From the NCBI GenBank assembly GCA_000091205.1, contig AP006501.2: a DNA stretch of 64,000 nucleotides; one strand, written 5' to 3'. Positions 11,272-22,249 of the stretch are shown one piece after another. Under the pieces are notes generated by a model. The model was not told the DNA's origin. It did not search any database and saw only the letters and a list, made by a program, of their open reading frames with translations. The stretch is from Cyanidioschyzon merolae (lineage: Eukaryota). The first letter of the stretch is position 1, and every line of letters begins with the position of its first letter. Position numbers and translations under genes: made by a program.

Positions 11272-12561
11272 CTAAATCTTTGCCATGGCTTCCGTAAATC
11301 CGCGCGCCTGCACAGCGTGCTGCTGGTAGTACTCGGCTGCCGCAGCTACACCGGCGCCAAGCTTGAAACCATTGTATCCGCACTCGCGCAGCGTCATTTC
11401 GACGCCAGCAAGCGCGCCCAGTATCGTCAATTCGTTCAAGTCGCCAAGTGAACTGATGCGGAACGCCTTACCGCGCAGACGCATGAGTCCCGCTCCGAGC
11501 GAGAGATTGTATTTCTGGAAGGCAACCTTCACAACTTGGACGCCGTCCACACCTTGTGGTAGCATCACAGTCGTTACGGTGTCTGACTGCAAGCGCGGGT
11601 CGCGGCAGCAGATTTCGAGATTCCACGCTCGTACCGCTCTCCGAACGCCTTCTGCGAGCTTGTGGTGCCGCGCCCACACTTGTTCAAAGCCCTCTTCCTC
11701 GAGCATTTTCACTGCTTCAACGAGACCGTACAACAGGGGCACGCTAGGAGTATAAGGGAAGAATCCATCGACGTTTGAACGCAGATGATCCTGGAACGAC
11801 ATGTATACATGGGGCAGCTTTGCGGTCTTGCTCCGCTCCAGCGCCCTCGGCGACGCACAGACGAAGCCGAGACCCGCTGGCAACATGAGCGCCTTCTGCG
11901 ATCCGGTGACTGCCAGGTCTACACGCCATTCATCGAACTTGAATGGGACTGCACCGATGCTACTTACGCCGTCCACCATGAGCAGTGCCGGATGCTGGTA
12001 CTTGTCCAGCAACCGTCGCACAGCAGGTATGTCGGTGCATACACCGGTCGTTGTTTCGTTGTGTACGACACAGACGGCTTTGATGTCGTGAGCCCGATCG
12101 TTCTGGATCAGTCCCTCCATGCGATCCATGGGGAGGCCTTCGCCCCACTCCACGTCCAGTTCAATGGGCCGCAGGCCCAGACGCTTCATCATATCGATCC
12201 ACAGGTGACTAAACTGACCGAAGCGCACCGAGATGACCTGGTCCTGAGGGTCCAGGCAGTTGGTCAGCGCCGCTTCCCAGCCCAGGGTTCCGGTGCCAGG
12301 GAATATAAACGCGTGCCCTTGACGGCACTGAAAGACTTTCTTGATGGCTTCCAGTGCTGCGAGACCCAGTTTTGGAAAATCGAGCGAGCGGTGGTCCTCA
12401 CTGTTGCGGTGCATAGCATTCTGCACCCGTTGTGGGACGTTCGTCGGACCCGGAACCATTAAAAAGTTCCTTCCATAAGGAACAGGTACGTCTTTCGTCG
12501 TTAGGGGTGCCATTGCAAGTGAATTGGTACTCGAGAGGCAGCGATAAACAAGCGGTTCCAC
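11272..12561 (-). CDS. SGAT: Serine:glyoxylate / alanine:glyoxylate aminotransferase (class V aminotransferase), peroxisomal, C-terminal PTS1 -AKI
   Basis: Colinear with plant AGT1/SGAT. Matching segments include LMVPGPTNVPQRV..AMHRNSEDHRS...FIFPGTGTLGWEAALTN...IKAVCVVHNETTTGV...HPALLMVDGVSSIGA...LAVTGSQKALMLPAGLG (the PLP lysine region)...RISSLGDLNELTILGALAGVEM. The C-terminus AKI fits the PTS1 consensus. The start may be at 12561 or at the MAPLTT Met 16 codons downstream. Confidence 0.9.
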   Translation of the reverse strand: MEPLVYRCLSSTNSLAMAPLTTKDVPVPYGRNFLMVPGPTNVPQRVQNAMHRNSEDHRSLDFPKLGLAALEAIKKVFQCRQGHAFIFPGTGTLGWEAALTNCLDPQDQVISVRFGQFSHLWIDMMKRLGLRPIELDVEWGEGLPMDRMEGLIQNDRAHDIKAVCVVHNETTTGVCTDIPAVRRLLDKYQHPALLMVDGVSSIGAVPFKFDEWRVDLAVTGSQKALMLPAGLGFVCASPRALERSKTAKLPHVYMSFQDHLRSNVDGFFPYTPSVPLLYGLVEAVKMLEEEGFEQVWARHHKLAEGVRRAVRAWNLEICCRDPRLQSDTVTTVMLPQGVDGVQVVKVAFQKYNLSLGAGLMRLRGKAFRISSLGDLNELTILGALAGVEMTLRECGYNGFKLGAGVAAAAEYYQQHAVQARGFTEAMAKI

Positions 12562-13479
12562 AAAGCGTTACGCCTCAGACACAGGTCGCAAACTCGTCAC
12601 AAACGCAACGTGGCCAGCGACAGCACGACCTATATTGCAAGTATGAGGTTGAAAATAGTAAGTGCGCTCAAGAATGCGTGAATTCGTCCACACCAGAAAG
12701 CTACTACTGAGAGGCAACGCGCTCGTAGTCGTACGGTGCACTGAAGCGCTGAGCGACCAATACCCGGCATCAGCGCATCCCAACGCGCTGCGATTTCGGA
12801 GAGCGCGCGCGTGCCCTGCACCTGCGCGGATCATCCCTTCAGCCGCCTCCTGCAGGGGCGCGTCCACGTATGTGTGCGTGCATGCACGCATGCATGCATG
12901 CGTACACGCTGCGCTTTCAGCGTGATTCGCTCGTAGAGGCCGGGTGCAGCATGGATGCCGGCGGCTAGCCTGCAGATACGCCTCGTTCGGATTGAAATCG
13001 AACGGATCAACTCACCGAACACGTGCGTACACATCAAAGAGTTTGGGTCATCGCATGGTGGTTAATATAAGGTGTGGAAGGATATGTCTGCGACTGATGC
13101 CTTTTCCTCTCTGTTGCCTCGGGCTTTAAATAGGTAGGGCTCGTCTGGCTCTGAAGCTCTGTAGTCAGTAGTTGAAGGGTGTTGATGGCAGCGTGCTTTT
13201 CGATATCGTTGCTTCGAGACGTTGTTGACGTATTTCAGGCACACTTAGAGATTGCGATGCACGCTTCGCGTGCATTTCCATCTTGGTCGAATACAGACGC
13301 AGTGCACCCTCGGTCGCTGTGACGCTTGGATGTCGCGAGGTGTTCCAGTACCTTCGCCACGCACCTGCTTTCTCCGTGCGTGGCCGCGTTGCGCGCGAAC
13401 GCTTGCTTCATCGCTCGGCACATGTCCTTGACGGGCATCTTATGATCCCGTCAGTGCGCTCCTCCGTTTCCGCGCCCGA

Positions 13480-14060
13480 TGCCGTACCCTAAGATCACGG
13501 GCTTCTTTTGGACGATGCTATTGTCCAAGACTCTACCCGCTGCACACACGAGTGCATGCTGTCCCATTCGATGGAGGATTTCTGGAAGCCGATGCTCTCC
13601 ATGATGAACCAAGTACCGGAATGACATTCGATACTGGAGAACGAGTCGAGAAACTTGGATCGTTTCATGCTACCTGCATACGGGGCGCTGTCAGACTCTC
13701 TACTCGATGCGCTCGCTGCGGTGACTAGATTCCCAGTGCAGGACCCTTTACCATGCGAACAGAAGAGACGGCATCGTCTGGGTGTACATTTCCTGAATGA
13801 TGTCAAGCTGCCGTCGAATGCTGTTTCGTGAATGCATACGCAGAGTGAGGAGGATTTGCGTTTTTAACGGAATCGGTTATTTGGCAACATGAATTCAGTG
13901 AGGTTTCAGCACAACCTGGTGAGCAAGTCGTAACGCGACGACGCGCGAGCATCTGTACGCTTCAATCCAGCGGCACGAATCGCTGCACCTACGAGTTGCC
14001 TTGAAACAGAAGATCTTATGCTTGACGCATGCGTGAATATCATATGCTAGACCTAAGCAA
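13480..14060 (+). repeat. Interspersed repeat family, copy B
   Basis: Shares tcccattcgatggaggatttctgg...gatgaaccaagtaccgg...gagtcgagaaacttgg...ggtgagcaagtcgtaacgcgacg...cagcggcacgaatcgctgcacctacgagttgccttgaaacagaagatcttatgcttgacgcatgcgtga with copies E, F and G. Confidence 0.65.
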
Positions 14061-15041
14061 TGAAAGACAGCGGATGCGTGTACATATAAACTGGACGACC
14101 ATATAAATTCCTTTTACGAAACCCGTGCTCAAGTGCGTCTCGAGTCATCTTGATTTCGATGTCGCAATGAATTCCACCAGCAAACATTCGAAGCATCCAC
14201 ACCGACAAGACGACCGAGAATCCCATACCTATATATGAGTCCATAAACTCTTATTGCCGTACTTGGAATGTCATGGATGTACGTTTCAGGAAAAAAAATT
14301 CGAGAGGCCGGCATCTATCTTGAGCAGTTCACTACTGAATTTCAGGCGGACGCGGGTATCGCCACAGGGTCCGGGATTCTATCTGACCAGTTTGTCCAGT
14401 TTTTGACGCATTGCAAATGCTCTTCGAGATCTCCCTCACATCCAGGACAAGCTGCCACTTTCTGGAAAAAACAGACAACATCTCTCTCTGGATCGGCGAC
14501 CTGCGAGACGTTCCCCCCGCGGCGACACAAAAGTGTAACGCAAGAAGCAGATTATACTCTAAGCGTTTCCTGGGAAAAACTTGAGACGCTTTGTCAAGGT
14601 GGCACTATCTGTACTTTTCCTGAAGGGCAGCGTGACCCCCGACGCTCCAGTGAAAGTTGTGGGACGGTGAGTTTGCACTCTAGAGGGGTGCGCGTTCGTG
14701 ATCCGTGCCTCCCCGAGCACGTACCAGTACTCGGCGCTCGAGAAGCGCACTGAACACCAGTCTTGTTCGCGCCTCGAGCCTGATACCAGAGCGAGTTCGC
14801 GGAACCAGCGTGGTGCGCGAAGGGTTGCTCCAGGGTTTCAAGAAGCTGCAAAAGTTCACGCAGAGCCAGGAAGTGGCGTTTGCGTTTGTCCAAGGACAAG
14901 TGGGACAGGTTGTTCTGTTTGCGCCAAAGAGCTGCTGTGCGCCGAGCGAGCGAAACTGTTTTCTCGAAAGTGGCTGCATTATTGGACTAGAAACATACTC
15001 GGGAAAAGCAGCTTCCGGGTCGCGCGCTGCTTCTCTAAACC

Positions 15042-17294
15042 ATGAACGGTGCTGGCGAGATCTTCGACGACCTTACACACTACCGTTTTGCGCAAGCGTT
15101 TGGTGAGCGAGCAACCGCAGAGGTGCCACAGGAAGTGGACCTGATATCAGCCGTTCAGTTCAGTAGAACTGGGGACCTGATCGCGACCGGAGACAAAGGC
15201 GGTCGTGTGGTTATCCTGCAGCGCATTGATGCCGGTCGCGGAGAGGCGTTGCGAAGAGAACAGGTTGCTCGGGCGACGCGTCGATCTCGGTTGGTACAAC
15301 GAGAAACAAGTCGCATCCGAGGTAACAGCAGTAGTTGCTCCAGTCAGGGACGGCTTTCAACTGGTCTGTCACCGGTTCCGATTCCACGTTCACCGCGTAT
15401 CGCCGTGGTGGGCCCCCGCTGGTCCGGCAGCCACAGTAATGGCTCGTATCGACGTGGATCGCTCGACCGGAGTCACCTGTCGAACTGCCACAAGCTGTCC
15501 CGCCTACAAGGCACGCGTGCCCGAGAATCCTACCTAGACGACTCGGGCGGAGAGCATGAGAGCGACTCGAGCGAAAGTAGTGCTAGTGAATCAAGCACCT
15601 CCTCCTCGGATGAGCGGTCATCAGCGGCGAGCACGATGGAAATGGTCTCTCCGCCGGCTGGCGTCAGCCATGGTGCCAACGGCGATGTTGACCTAGAGCT
15701 CAACGAATGTGACGTGCTCATGACGTCGTGTGCGGACGTTGACGACCGTGCCTTTCAGGAGCGCTCGCGAACACACCTCCTCGATGCGCTGCCGGGAATT
15801 CGATCGACTCCTCATGTCCCGCTGGATGACGAGGTCTGGGACGACCGCGAGCGGGCATCCGACGGTCGCAATGCAGATGGAGACGATGGCTTGCGACCAG
15901 ATAGATCACGGATTCCCGCATTTGTACCGGAGTATCGATTCTGGACGCAGTTTCAGTCTCATGAACCGGAATTCGACTACCTCAAGTCACTTGAAATTGA
16001 GGAGAAAATCAATCAAATTCGATGGTGTCGCGATGTATCCGGTGCGTACCGGCTCCTGACTACCAACGATAAGACAATTAAGTTGTGGCGCGTGTTCGAG
16101 CGTCAAGTACGACAGCTTGTGAGTTTCGATAACCAGACTGGCGAAGCCGATACGCGACCAGAATCACATCAAGCGTTGAGGCATCACGATGCGTCTGCAG
16201 ATCCGAGCAGCGCCATCCGGGGTCTCGTAGAGAGGCCTGCAGAGGACTCAAGCGGTCTTGCGTCCGCAGGAATCATTGCGGGTCGCAACGTATGTCTACC
16301 ACGTCTACGCCGCGCCGGCTCTATGGTGATTGCGGTCCCGAAACGGATATTCTCGAATGCGCACGCCTACCACATCAATTCCATATCATTGAATAGTGAT
16401 GAAGAGACCTTCCTCTCGGCAGATGATTTGCGAATTAATATCTGGAATCTAGAAAACTGTAGCACTGGTTTCAATGTCGTGGACATCAAGCCCGAGAACA
16501 TGGAAGACTTGACGGAGGTCATCACTGCAGCGGAATTCCATCCGCATCACTGCAATCTTTTCCTTTACAGCAGCAGTCGCGGTGTTTTGAAACTATGCGA
16601 CTTGCGAGTGCGAGCGCTATGTGATCAGTCGTGTCGCGAGTACGAGGAGCCGGAGGATCCCGCCAATCGCAGTTTTTTCAGCGAAATCATTGCATCCACG
16701 AGCGATGTGACTTTTTCACATTCGGGTCGGTACGTGCTTGCGCGTGACTACATGACGCTGAAGCTCTGGGACATCAACATGGAGAAGCGACCACTTCTCA
16801 CCATTCCCGTGCACGAATCGTTGCGTTCGCGCCTATGCGAACTCTACGAGAACGACTGCATTTTCGACAAGTTTCAGTGCGCTTTCAGCGCGGATGATGC
16901 CAGCGTTCTCACCGGCTCCTACGGGAACCAGTTCCAGGTCTACTCGAGCAAAAGTGGACGAGGCCTCTGTTACGAAGCCAGTGTTGACTTTGTAAGCAGC
17001 GGACGCCCGCCTCGACTGCTCTTTCCCAACGGAATGAGCTGTAGCATTGAAACCATGACCGATGCATCCGGTAGCATGGGCGGGGTGTCGTCGTCGCCGC
17101 CGCTCCTGTCCGCGAGCGGCCTCGGACCAACGATAAGCAGCGGCGTGCCTCCGGAGCCACTGTTGCCCACGCAGAGCCCCAACGCACGAAGGGTACTTCA
17201 CGTCGCAGCGCACCCGCTCGAGAATATTGCGGCCGTCGCTGCAGGTCCTGCGCTCTATCTCTACAACGCCGTCTTGTCACCGTGCTTTCTCTGA
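15042..17294 (+). CDS. Protein phosphatase 2A regulatory subunit B (B55/PR55, WD40) with large low-complexity insertions
   Basis: N-terminal LISAVQFSRTGDLIATGDKGGRVVILQ, then FQSHEPEFDYLKSLEIEEKINQIRWC...LLTTNDKTIKLWRV...IFSNAHAYHINSISLNSDEETFLSADDLRINIWNLE...VITAAEFHPHHCNLFLYSSSRGVLKLCDLR...FSEIIASTSDVTFSHSGRYVLARDYMTLKLWDINMEKRP...LCELYENDCIFDKFQCAFS. All of this matches B55 closely. A Ser/Asp/Arg-rich insertion of roughly 210 aa (nt about 15230-15920) and a C-terminal extension stay in frame. Confidence 0.9.
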   Translation: MNGAGEIFDDLTHYRFAQAFGERATAEVPQEVDLISAVQFSRTGDLIATGDKGGRVVILQRIDAGRGEALRREQVARATRRSRLVQRETSRIRGNSSSCSSQGRLSTGLSPVPIPRSPRIAVVGPRWSGSHSNGSYRRGSLDRSHLSNCHKLSRLQGTRARESYLDDSGGEHESDSSESSASESSTSSSDERSSAASTMEMVSPPAGVSHGANGDVDLELNECDVLMTSCADVDDRAFQERSRTHLLDALPGIRSTPHVPLDDEVWDDRERASDGRNADGDDGLRPDRSRIPAFVPEYRFWTQFQSHEPEFDYLKSLEIEEKINQIRWCRDVSGAYRLLTTNDKTIKLWRVFERQVRQLVSFDNQTGEADTRPESHQALRHHDASADPSSAIRGLVERPAEDSSGLASAGIIAGRNVCLPRLRRAGSMVIAVPKRIFSNAHAYHINSISLNSDEETFLSADDLRINIWNLENCSTGFNVVDIKPENMEDLTEVITAAEFHPHHCNLFLYSSSRGVLKLCDLRVRALCDQSCREYEEPEDPANRSFFSEIIASTSDVTFSHSGRYVLARDYMTLKLWDINMEKRPLLTIPVHESLRSRLCELYENDCIFDKFQCAFSADDASVLTGSYGNQFQVYSSKSGRGLCYEASVDFVSSGRPPRLLFPNGMSCSIETMTDASGSMGGVSSSPPLLSASGLGPTISSGVPPEPLLPTQSPNARRVLHVAAHPLENIAAVAAGPALYLYNAVLSPCFL

Positions 17295-17371
17295 TACCGA
17301 CACGAGCGTCCCCCACGAGTAAACCGCCGGTGTCTATCCGAAACTCTTCGAATCTGGAGCCCGGACGCTGT

Positions 17372-17608
17372 TCACAAAGGAACGTTGAAACCCTCTGCCC
17401 GAAGGCAGGCTTTGTGGGCTTCAATGAGGTCGCGGCACGCTTCTTCACCGCGCTCCGCGATGCACGAGTCGCGAGCCTGCTTTGTCTCTGGACACGCACA
17501 ACAGATTTTCTTTTTAGGCTTCGGGTTCCCGTCGTGGTTACCAGCTTCACTTGCTTCTGCCCTATAAGGTGCGCTGCTCGTTTTTAGATCTGCGTGATCG
17601 TCGTTCAT
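17372..17608 (-). CDS. COX17: Cytochrome c oxidase copper chaperone Cox17
   Basis: 78-aa ORF ending [44 protein letters not shown]. This matches the Cox17 CCxC and twin-Cx9C signature ([15 protein letters not shown]...HLIEAHKECMRALGF). Confidence 0.85.
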   Translation of the reverse strand: MNDDHADLKTSSAPYRAEASEAGNHDGNPKPKKKICCACPETKQARDSCIAERGEEACRDLIEAHKACLRAEGFNVPL

Positions 17609-17790
17609 ACCGTTCCAACTCCCTAAGCGTATAGTGCGTCAACGTGAACGACGCTGGAGAGCGCTGCGCAACTCGCTCAGTAGCAACCGTCCCGGTGTGC
17701 GTTTCGTGGAACGCGCACCACTGCAACATATCCACTTTAGTCCATGTTTCTGCTTTTGCAGCTGCTACAACGTGCTCGTTGACTCTCTGT

Positions 17791-17792
<2 letters not shown>

Positions 17793-17831
<39 letters not shown>
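17793..17831. repeat. (GCT/CTG)13 trinucleotide microsatellite
   Basis: gctgctgctgctgctgctgctgctgctgctgctgctgct, lying between the divergent COX17 and PFA-DSP genes. Confidence 0.85.
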
Positions 17832-17832
<1 letters not shown>

Positions 17833-18436
17833 CAGGTGCTCGTTCGTCCTTCATCTGCTACAGCTGCTAGTAATTCATAGGACGATTTGGTCAATTTCCG
17901 CAAGCGACTTGTACGCGGCTTGCGCCAAAACTATGTTGCTTTGGACCTGAGGTCCTGCTGAGGCCGCGTACCCTTCGGTAGCTGGGCGTGGACGTTTTCG
18001 CTGGTACCCGCTGCTCTATTTTATTTTCCAGCAGGTGATTCTTTCATTCCTGCTGTGCGCCAGATAAGCGTTCCGAACCGGTTGCTGTGCCTGCGAGAAC
18101 GGGTGCGTGTTTGCGTGTGCTCTAGGTACAGACGACGCGCGTTTTCGGTTTCTTGGACGGAAGACTGTCGTTGTACGAGCGGTAGCACCTGGAAGCGCTA
18201 TTCAAGACGCGAAGCCGACGTGCCTTTCAGTTTTTTACCGTTGCCGCGCAGTCTGAGGCAACGTCCAGGCTGACACGTGTTTACCGGAACAGACGCGAGT
18301 CTCTTCGGCTCGAAAGCTGCTTCCAGTTGACGCAGGTTTGAATATAGGCAAGGCGGTGTCGCAAGCGATAAGAGACTCGGGCGCAGGTTGTACGAGGCGG
18401 GTCCCGTTGCACCGCTTTCGCACATAGCACAGTACC

Positions 18437-18940
18437 ATGGATGGGGTCTTGATCCCGCCGCTGAACTTTTCCATGGCAGCACCGGGTATCTACCGCTCGG
18501 GTTATCCGAACTCCATGAATCATGCGTTCATGAAAAAGCTTCAGCTGAAAACGATTCTGTACCTCTGCCCTGAGGATTACAGTGAGGCAAACACCGCCTG
18601 GTGTCGCGCGCACAATGTTCAGATTGTTCAATGTGGCATTCTACCGAACAAAGAGCCCTTTCAATTCATACCCGAGGACGTGGTCGCGGATGCATTGCGA
18701 GTGCTCTTGGACTGTCGCAATCATCCGATATTGATGCACTGCAATTCAGGGAAACATCGATCGGGTGTAGTCATTGGCACGCTGCGGAAAATGCAGGGTT
18801 GGAGCCTCACCTCGATTTTTGATGAATACAGACGATTTGCTGGCAGCAAAGTTCGCATCCTGGACCAGCAGTTCATTGAACTTTTTCGTATAGAGTCTGT
18901 GACCTATGATAAAGAATATGCGCCGCGCTGGTTGCGTTGA
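18437..18940 (+). CDS. Plant-and-fungi atypical dual-specificity phosphatase (PFA-DSP / Siw14-like, Tyr_phosphatase_2)
   Basis: IPPLNFSMAAPGIYRSGYP...LKTILYLCPE...KEPF..IPED...LLD..NHPILMHCNSGKHRSGVVIGTLRKMQGWSLTSIFDEYRRFAGSKVRILDQQFIELF is nearly colinear with Arabidopsis PFA-DSP1. The HCxxGxxRS P-loop is present. Confidence 0.85.
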   Translation: MDGVLIPPLNFSMAAPGIYRSGYPNSMNHAFMKKLQLKTILYLCPEDYSEANTAWCRAHNVQIVQCGILPNKEPFQFIPEDVVADALRVLLDCRNHPILMHCNSGKHRSGVVIGTLRKMQGWSLTSIFDEYRRFAGSKVRILDQQFIELFRIESVTYDKEYAPRWLR

Positions 18941-20156
18941 GCGTCAATGAAAAATGGAGCAACTTGGTGAATCCGTTTCGTTCGTTCGGAACTGTGTGGC
19001 CCTCGGTGGCCGCACCTGATCGCACCTCGTCGACTTTTGCTCGGAGCGTGCGCCCCGCACAAACGCCGCATGTGTCAACAACTGCTGTGTCGTACGTGAA
19101 TAGCGCTGCGTTCTTTAATATCAGAATCTGAAGATCGCAGTTATTCGTCTCCGATTGGAGATATGATCCGCGACGCTGCATGTCAAGTAGACAGCGAACG
19201 AGCCTGGTGGATGGGCGTCTATCCGGCGACGGTTCCGGCTTTCCGAACTTGCATCGATTTTCGTATCAAAGATGAAACACCGGCAGTATATGCTTTGTGC
19301 TACTCGAACATGGTGAGGTTGTATCGATTAAAGTTTCGAGGAATGTTCCGCGTAAAACGGCGATATTGCGACAATCGCTCGTAGTGAACATCCAAAGTTT
19401 GGGTCTTCCACGAACCTGCTTACGAATGCGCAGCGAGCCCAGCGCGGGCCAGTGCGCTAATGGAGGCTCGATGTCGCCCTGAGGCTGTGCAGGAGATTTC
19501 TGGCCTGTCTGAAAGGCCACGGAGACTCTGGACGCTAACAGGAAAAGTTGCTACCGCCACGGTCTGGAGCGAAGAATACAGCGGCTCGTTGGATGCATTG
19601 CAAACGACCGGTAAAAGCAGGAGAATTTTGGAAAAGGCGCTTGGTGGCGCGGGCTCGAAATGAATCTGCGGACCTGGGTCGATCCTGAATGAGAGGCATG
19701 CCCCAGTTCAAGCGTATTCTATTGAGGCACGTTGCGAAGCGGACTCGAAGTGAGTCCACGGACACAAGTCGAGGACCAGAAGCGCACCAGTCCTTATTTC
19801 ATTGGATTCGATCGAGGCAACGAGCAAGCTGACGGCCCAGAAGCCCTCGCTGACGTATGCACGGTCTGTCCTGCTCGCTGCCGTAGTATGCGAACCAGGT
19901 GCGCTGTATATCTCGTTGCATAAAACGCACACAACACATGCTTATCGTATCGCTTGTGCGCTCGATAAGTAAACCACGCGATAGATCTATATCTTTGAGT
20001 TCAGCTGCGACCGGACCGAGTCGAGCAGGTCCCCACGGCTGTGATCCAGCCTCTGCACCGAGGTTTCCGTAAACCCCGAGGTACGCGAACGCGTTGCCCT
20101 CGCGGTGACCTGGGATCCGCCTTTGGGTGTGCAAAATGTGCTGTGGAATCCAGATT

Positions 20157-20190
20157 TACGTATATATGTATATATATGTATATTAATGGA
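20157..20190. promoter_or_regulatory. AT-rich (TATATA/TG) tract upstream of the 20358 gene, possibly a core-promoter element
   Basis: tatatatgtatatatatgtatat lies about 170 bp upstream of the putative start in an otherwise GC-rich context. This is inference only. Confidence 0.2.
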
Positions 20191-20357
20191 CATAACATGG
20201 CTATTATCGACAGGGTTCCGCGTATGACCGCCAACCTGGCCGCGCTCACACAAACGCATGTTCGCGCCCTCCTTGGTAAATGTCGGCAGTATACTGCGCT
20301 CGCACCGAGACGGGTCGACGTAAACGCTTCACGATCTTTCATAGGAAGAAAACGCAG

Positions 20358-21227
20358 ATGCTTACCTCTTTGCACTGGGTCACCAGTTCAATTTGGTGGA
20401 CAGTCCTGGTCCTGCTATTGGCAGCGACGCTCACGAACGCAGCGTCGTCGGTGGATCAGGCCGCGTACCCTCCGCTGGTACCATCACGAGGGCGCACGCT
20501 TGCCGTCACGTTCGATAAGCTGGGCAACGCCTCTGCCGGCGAGAACAGCGTTGCAGATTCCGCGGAGCGTTCCCGAGACGCCGCAGTGTTGCTGTTCCGG
20601 AGACAGGTCCATCCGCCTTGCAAAGAAGCGATTGTTGTACTTGGCGGCAGTGTCAGCGGCGTACCACTTGTAGACCAGAAAACTTCACAGATCGAGTACG
20701 AAGTCGTTAATCTCGGTAGGAACACGGCAACGGATATCCGCATCTATGAATATGACGCCAACTTCCCCGTTGTGGCTTTCGAAAGAAAAAACTGGCCAAA
20801 AGAGAAGACTGGACCAGCCTCTTCCGAACGCCCCGGTGAGTATGTGTTATTCGAGTTGCCGACCTTGTTACCCGGTGAGCGTTTTACCCGGAATCTGAGC
20901 ATCGTCCCACATACCTATAGAGCTGGTGCAGCAGAAGCGGCGTTGTTTGAGGCACCCTCTTTTATAGAGCCAGTGCACGTGTATAAGCTGCACCCCGCAA
21001 GGCTCACCTACCGGATCGGTAAACAAGGTGCGCAGCGAACCGGCTTTAGTTCTACGGAAAGTTATCTGGTGGTGGAGAGCGCTCGCGGCTTTGATCGTCG
21101 AGCCCTGTGGCATCCCAAAGCCTGGGTGGTCTACCTCGGAGGCGTGGGGCTCCTCGGGGTTGTTCCCTGGATGAGCGCCTATTTTGGCACCAAGCAGGCC
21201 GGGGCGCGTCCGCCTCGGACGACATAG
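20358..21227 (+). CDS. Type I membrane protein with an N-terminal signal peptide and a C-terminal TM, possibly translocon-associated protein beta (SSR2)-like
   Basis: The ORF 20280..21227 has a signal-peptide-like start at the Met at 20358 (MLTSLHWVTSSIWWTVLVLLLAATLTNAASS). A lumenal domain follows (EYEVVNLGRNTATDIRIYEYD...VLFELPTLLPGERFTRNLSIVP) with weak resemblance to TRAP-beta, then a C-terminal TM (VVYLGGVGLLGVVPWMSAYF) and a short tail. The family assignment is tentative. Confidence 0.4.
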   Translation: MLTSLHWVTSSIWWTVLVLLLAATLTNAASSVDQAAYPPLVPSRGRTLAVTFDKLGNASAGENSVADSAERSRDAAVLLFRRQVHPPCKEAIVVLGGSVSGVPLVDQKTSQIEYEVVNLGRNTATDIRIYEYDANFPVVAFERKNWPKEKTGPASSERPGEYVLFELPTLLPGERFTRNLSIVPHTYRAGAAEAALFEAPSFIEPVHVYKLHPARLTYRIGKQGAQRTGFSSTESYLVVESARGFDRRALWHPKAWVVYLGGVGLLGVVPWMSAYFGTKQAGARPPRTT

Positions 21228-22249
21228 CATGGTCCGTTGAGAGGCCAAGAGCCAGACTGAGAATTACAGTTCGAGTATGCCCTTCAAACGTTGACGTGGA
21301 GATTTGTCAAGTTCCGATATATGCCGCTGTGTATTGCACGTGTAGTCCGACGTTGGACGAGCAAAATTCCTCACGGTGATTATCAGATTACACTGAATTT
21401 GCGCGATTCCATAAACAGGTGGTGATGCTGTCAACCAGGGGCGCGACGTTGGCGCTCACAAGTCGTACCCGGAGCGTCTTCGCCCTGGGAGTGCTCAAAA
21501 CGGAGCGAAAGTTCGCGCATAGAGACAGTCTGTGAGCCAGAACTTTTTGAAATGACGGACTGAGGCGGGCCACGCAGTTGCTGCAGGCGACATCAATGCA
21601 GGGCAGCAAGCGCTGAGACTTGCCATCGTGATTCAAGGCCGAACATGGATCCACGGTACTTTTCGGGATCCTCGATCAAGGCCCATTCGAATATATCGTC
21701 GATCCATTATTCGTTATCGGTGGGTATTACCACTTACAGTCCACTGGCTTGTGCTGGGTTTACGCTAGTCGACCTGTCGCCATTGCCTGGTGATAGCGCA
21801 TTCTAAACGGGTGACTGCAGACACAGTGGCCCTTTTGCTGGCACCAACGACGCTGTTTCGGGCATACTGCGAACGTGCACCCATTGACCAGCAGAGCGGG
21901 AACGTTGCATGATCGCATTGTGATCACCGAAAGCAAGTCTGAGTTGCTGCTAATGGCAAACACAGGGGATCTGAAGCGGAATGGTCAGAGAGTCCCCGCG
22001 ACGCCGATACTAATCTCGCACTCGGGGATCCCTGTTTGTAGTCTTTCACAACAATGGTGTTCCACTTTCAGGTCCGTGTCACGAAACGCTTTTTCGCGGT
22101 TAGTAGCAGAAGCGTTCGGGGTGCATTCATTTTGAAGAAATGAAAAATCGGATGGAAAGGTTTGGCCGTGCAAGTCGAGGATCCCAGAGGGCGGACATCG
22201 CCTGGTCGCGGATAAAAGAGGAGAATTCCTCTTCTCGCTGGCCATCAAG

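Noticed and set aside
14342-14530. 62-aa minus-strand ORF with CxxC and Cx9C-like spacing (possible small Zn/twin-Cx9C protein)
   Set aside because: The cysteine spacing only partly fits the twin-Cx9C or CSL zinc-finger families, and the ORF is short. It cannot be supported without a database hit. It would be worth a BLAST.
16909-17550. 213-aa minus-strand ORF
   Set aside because: Antisense to the PP2A B55 C-terminal region and overlapping COX17 in another frame. R-rich junk composition.
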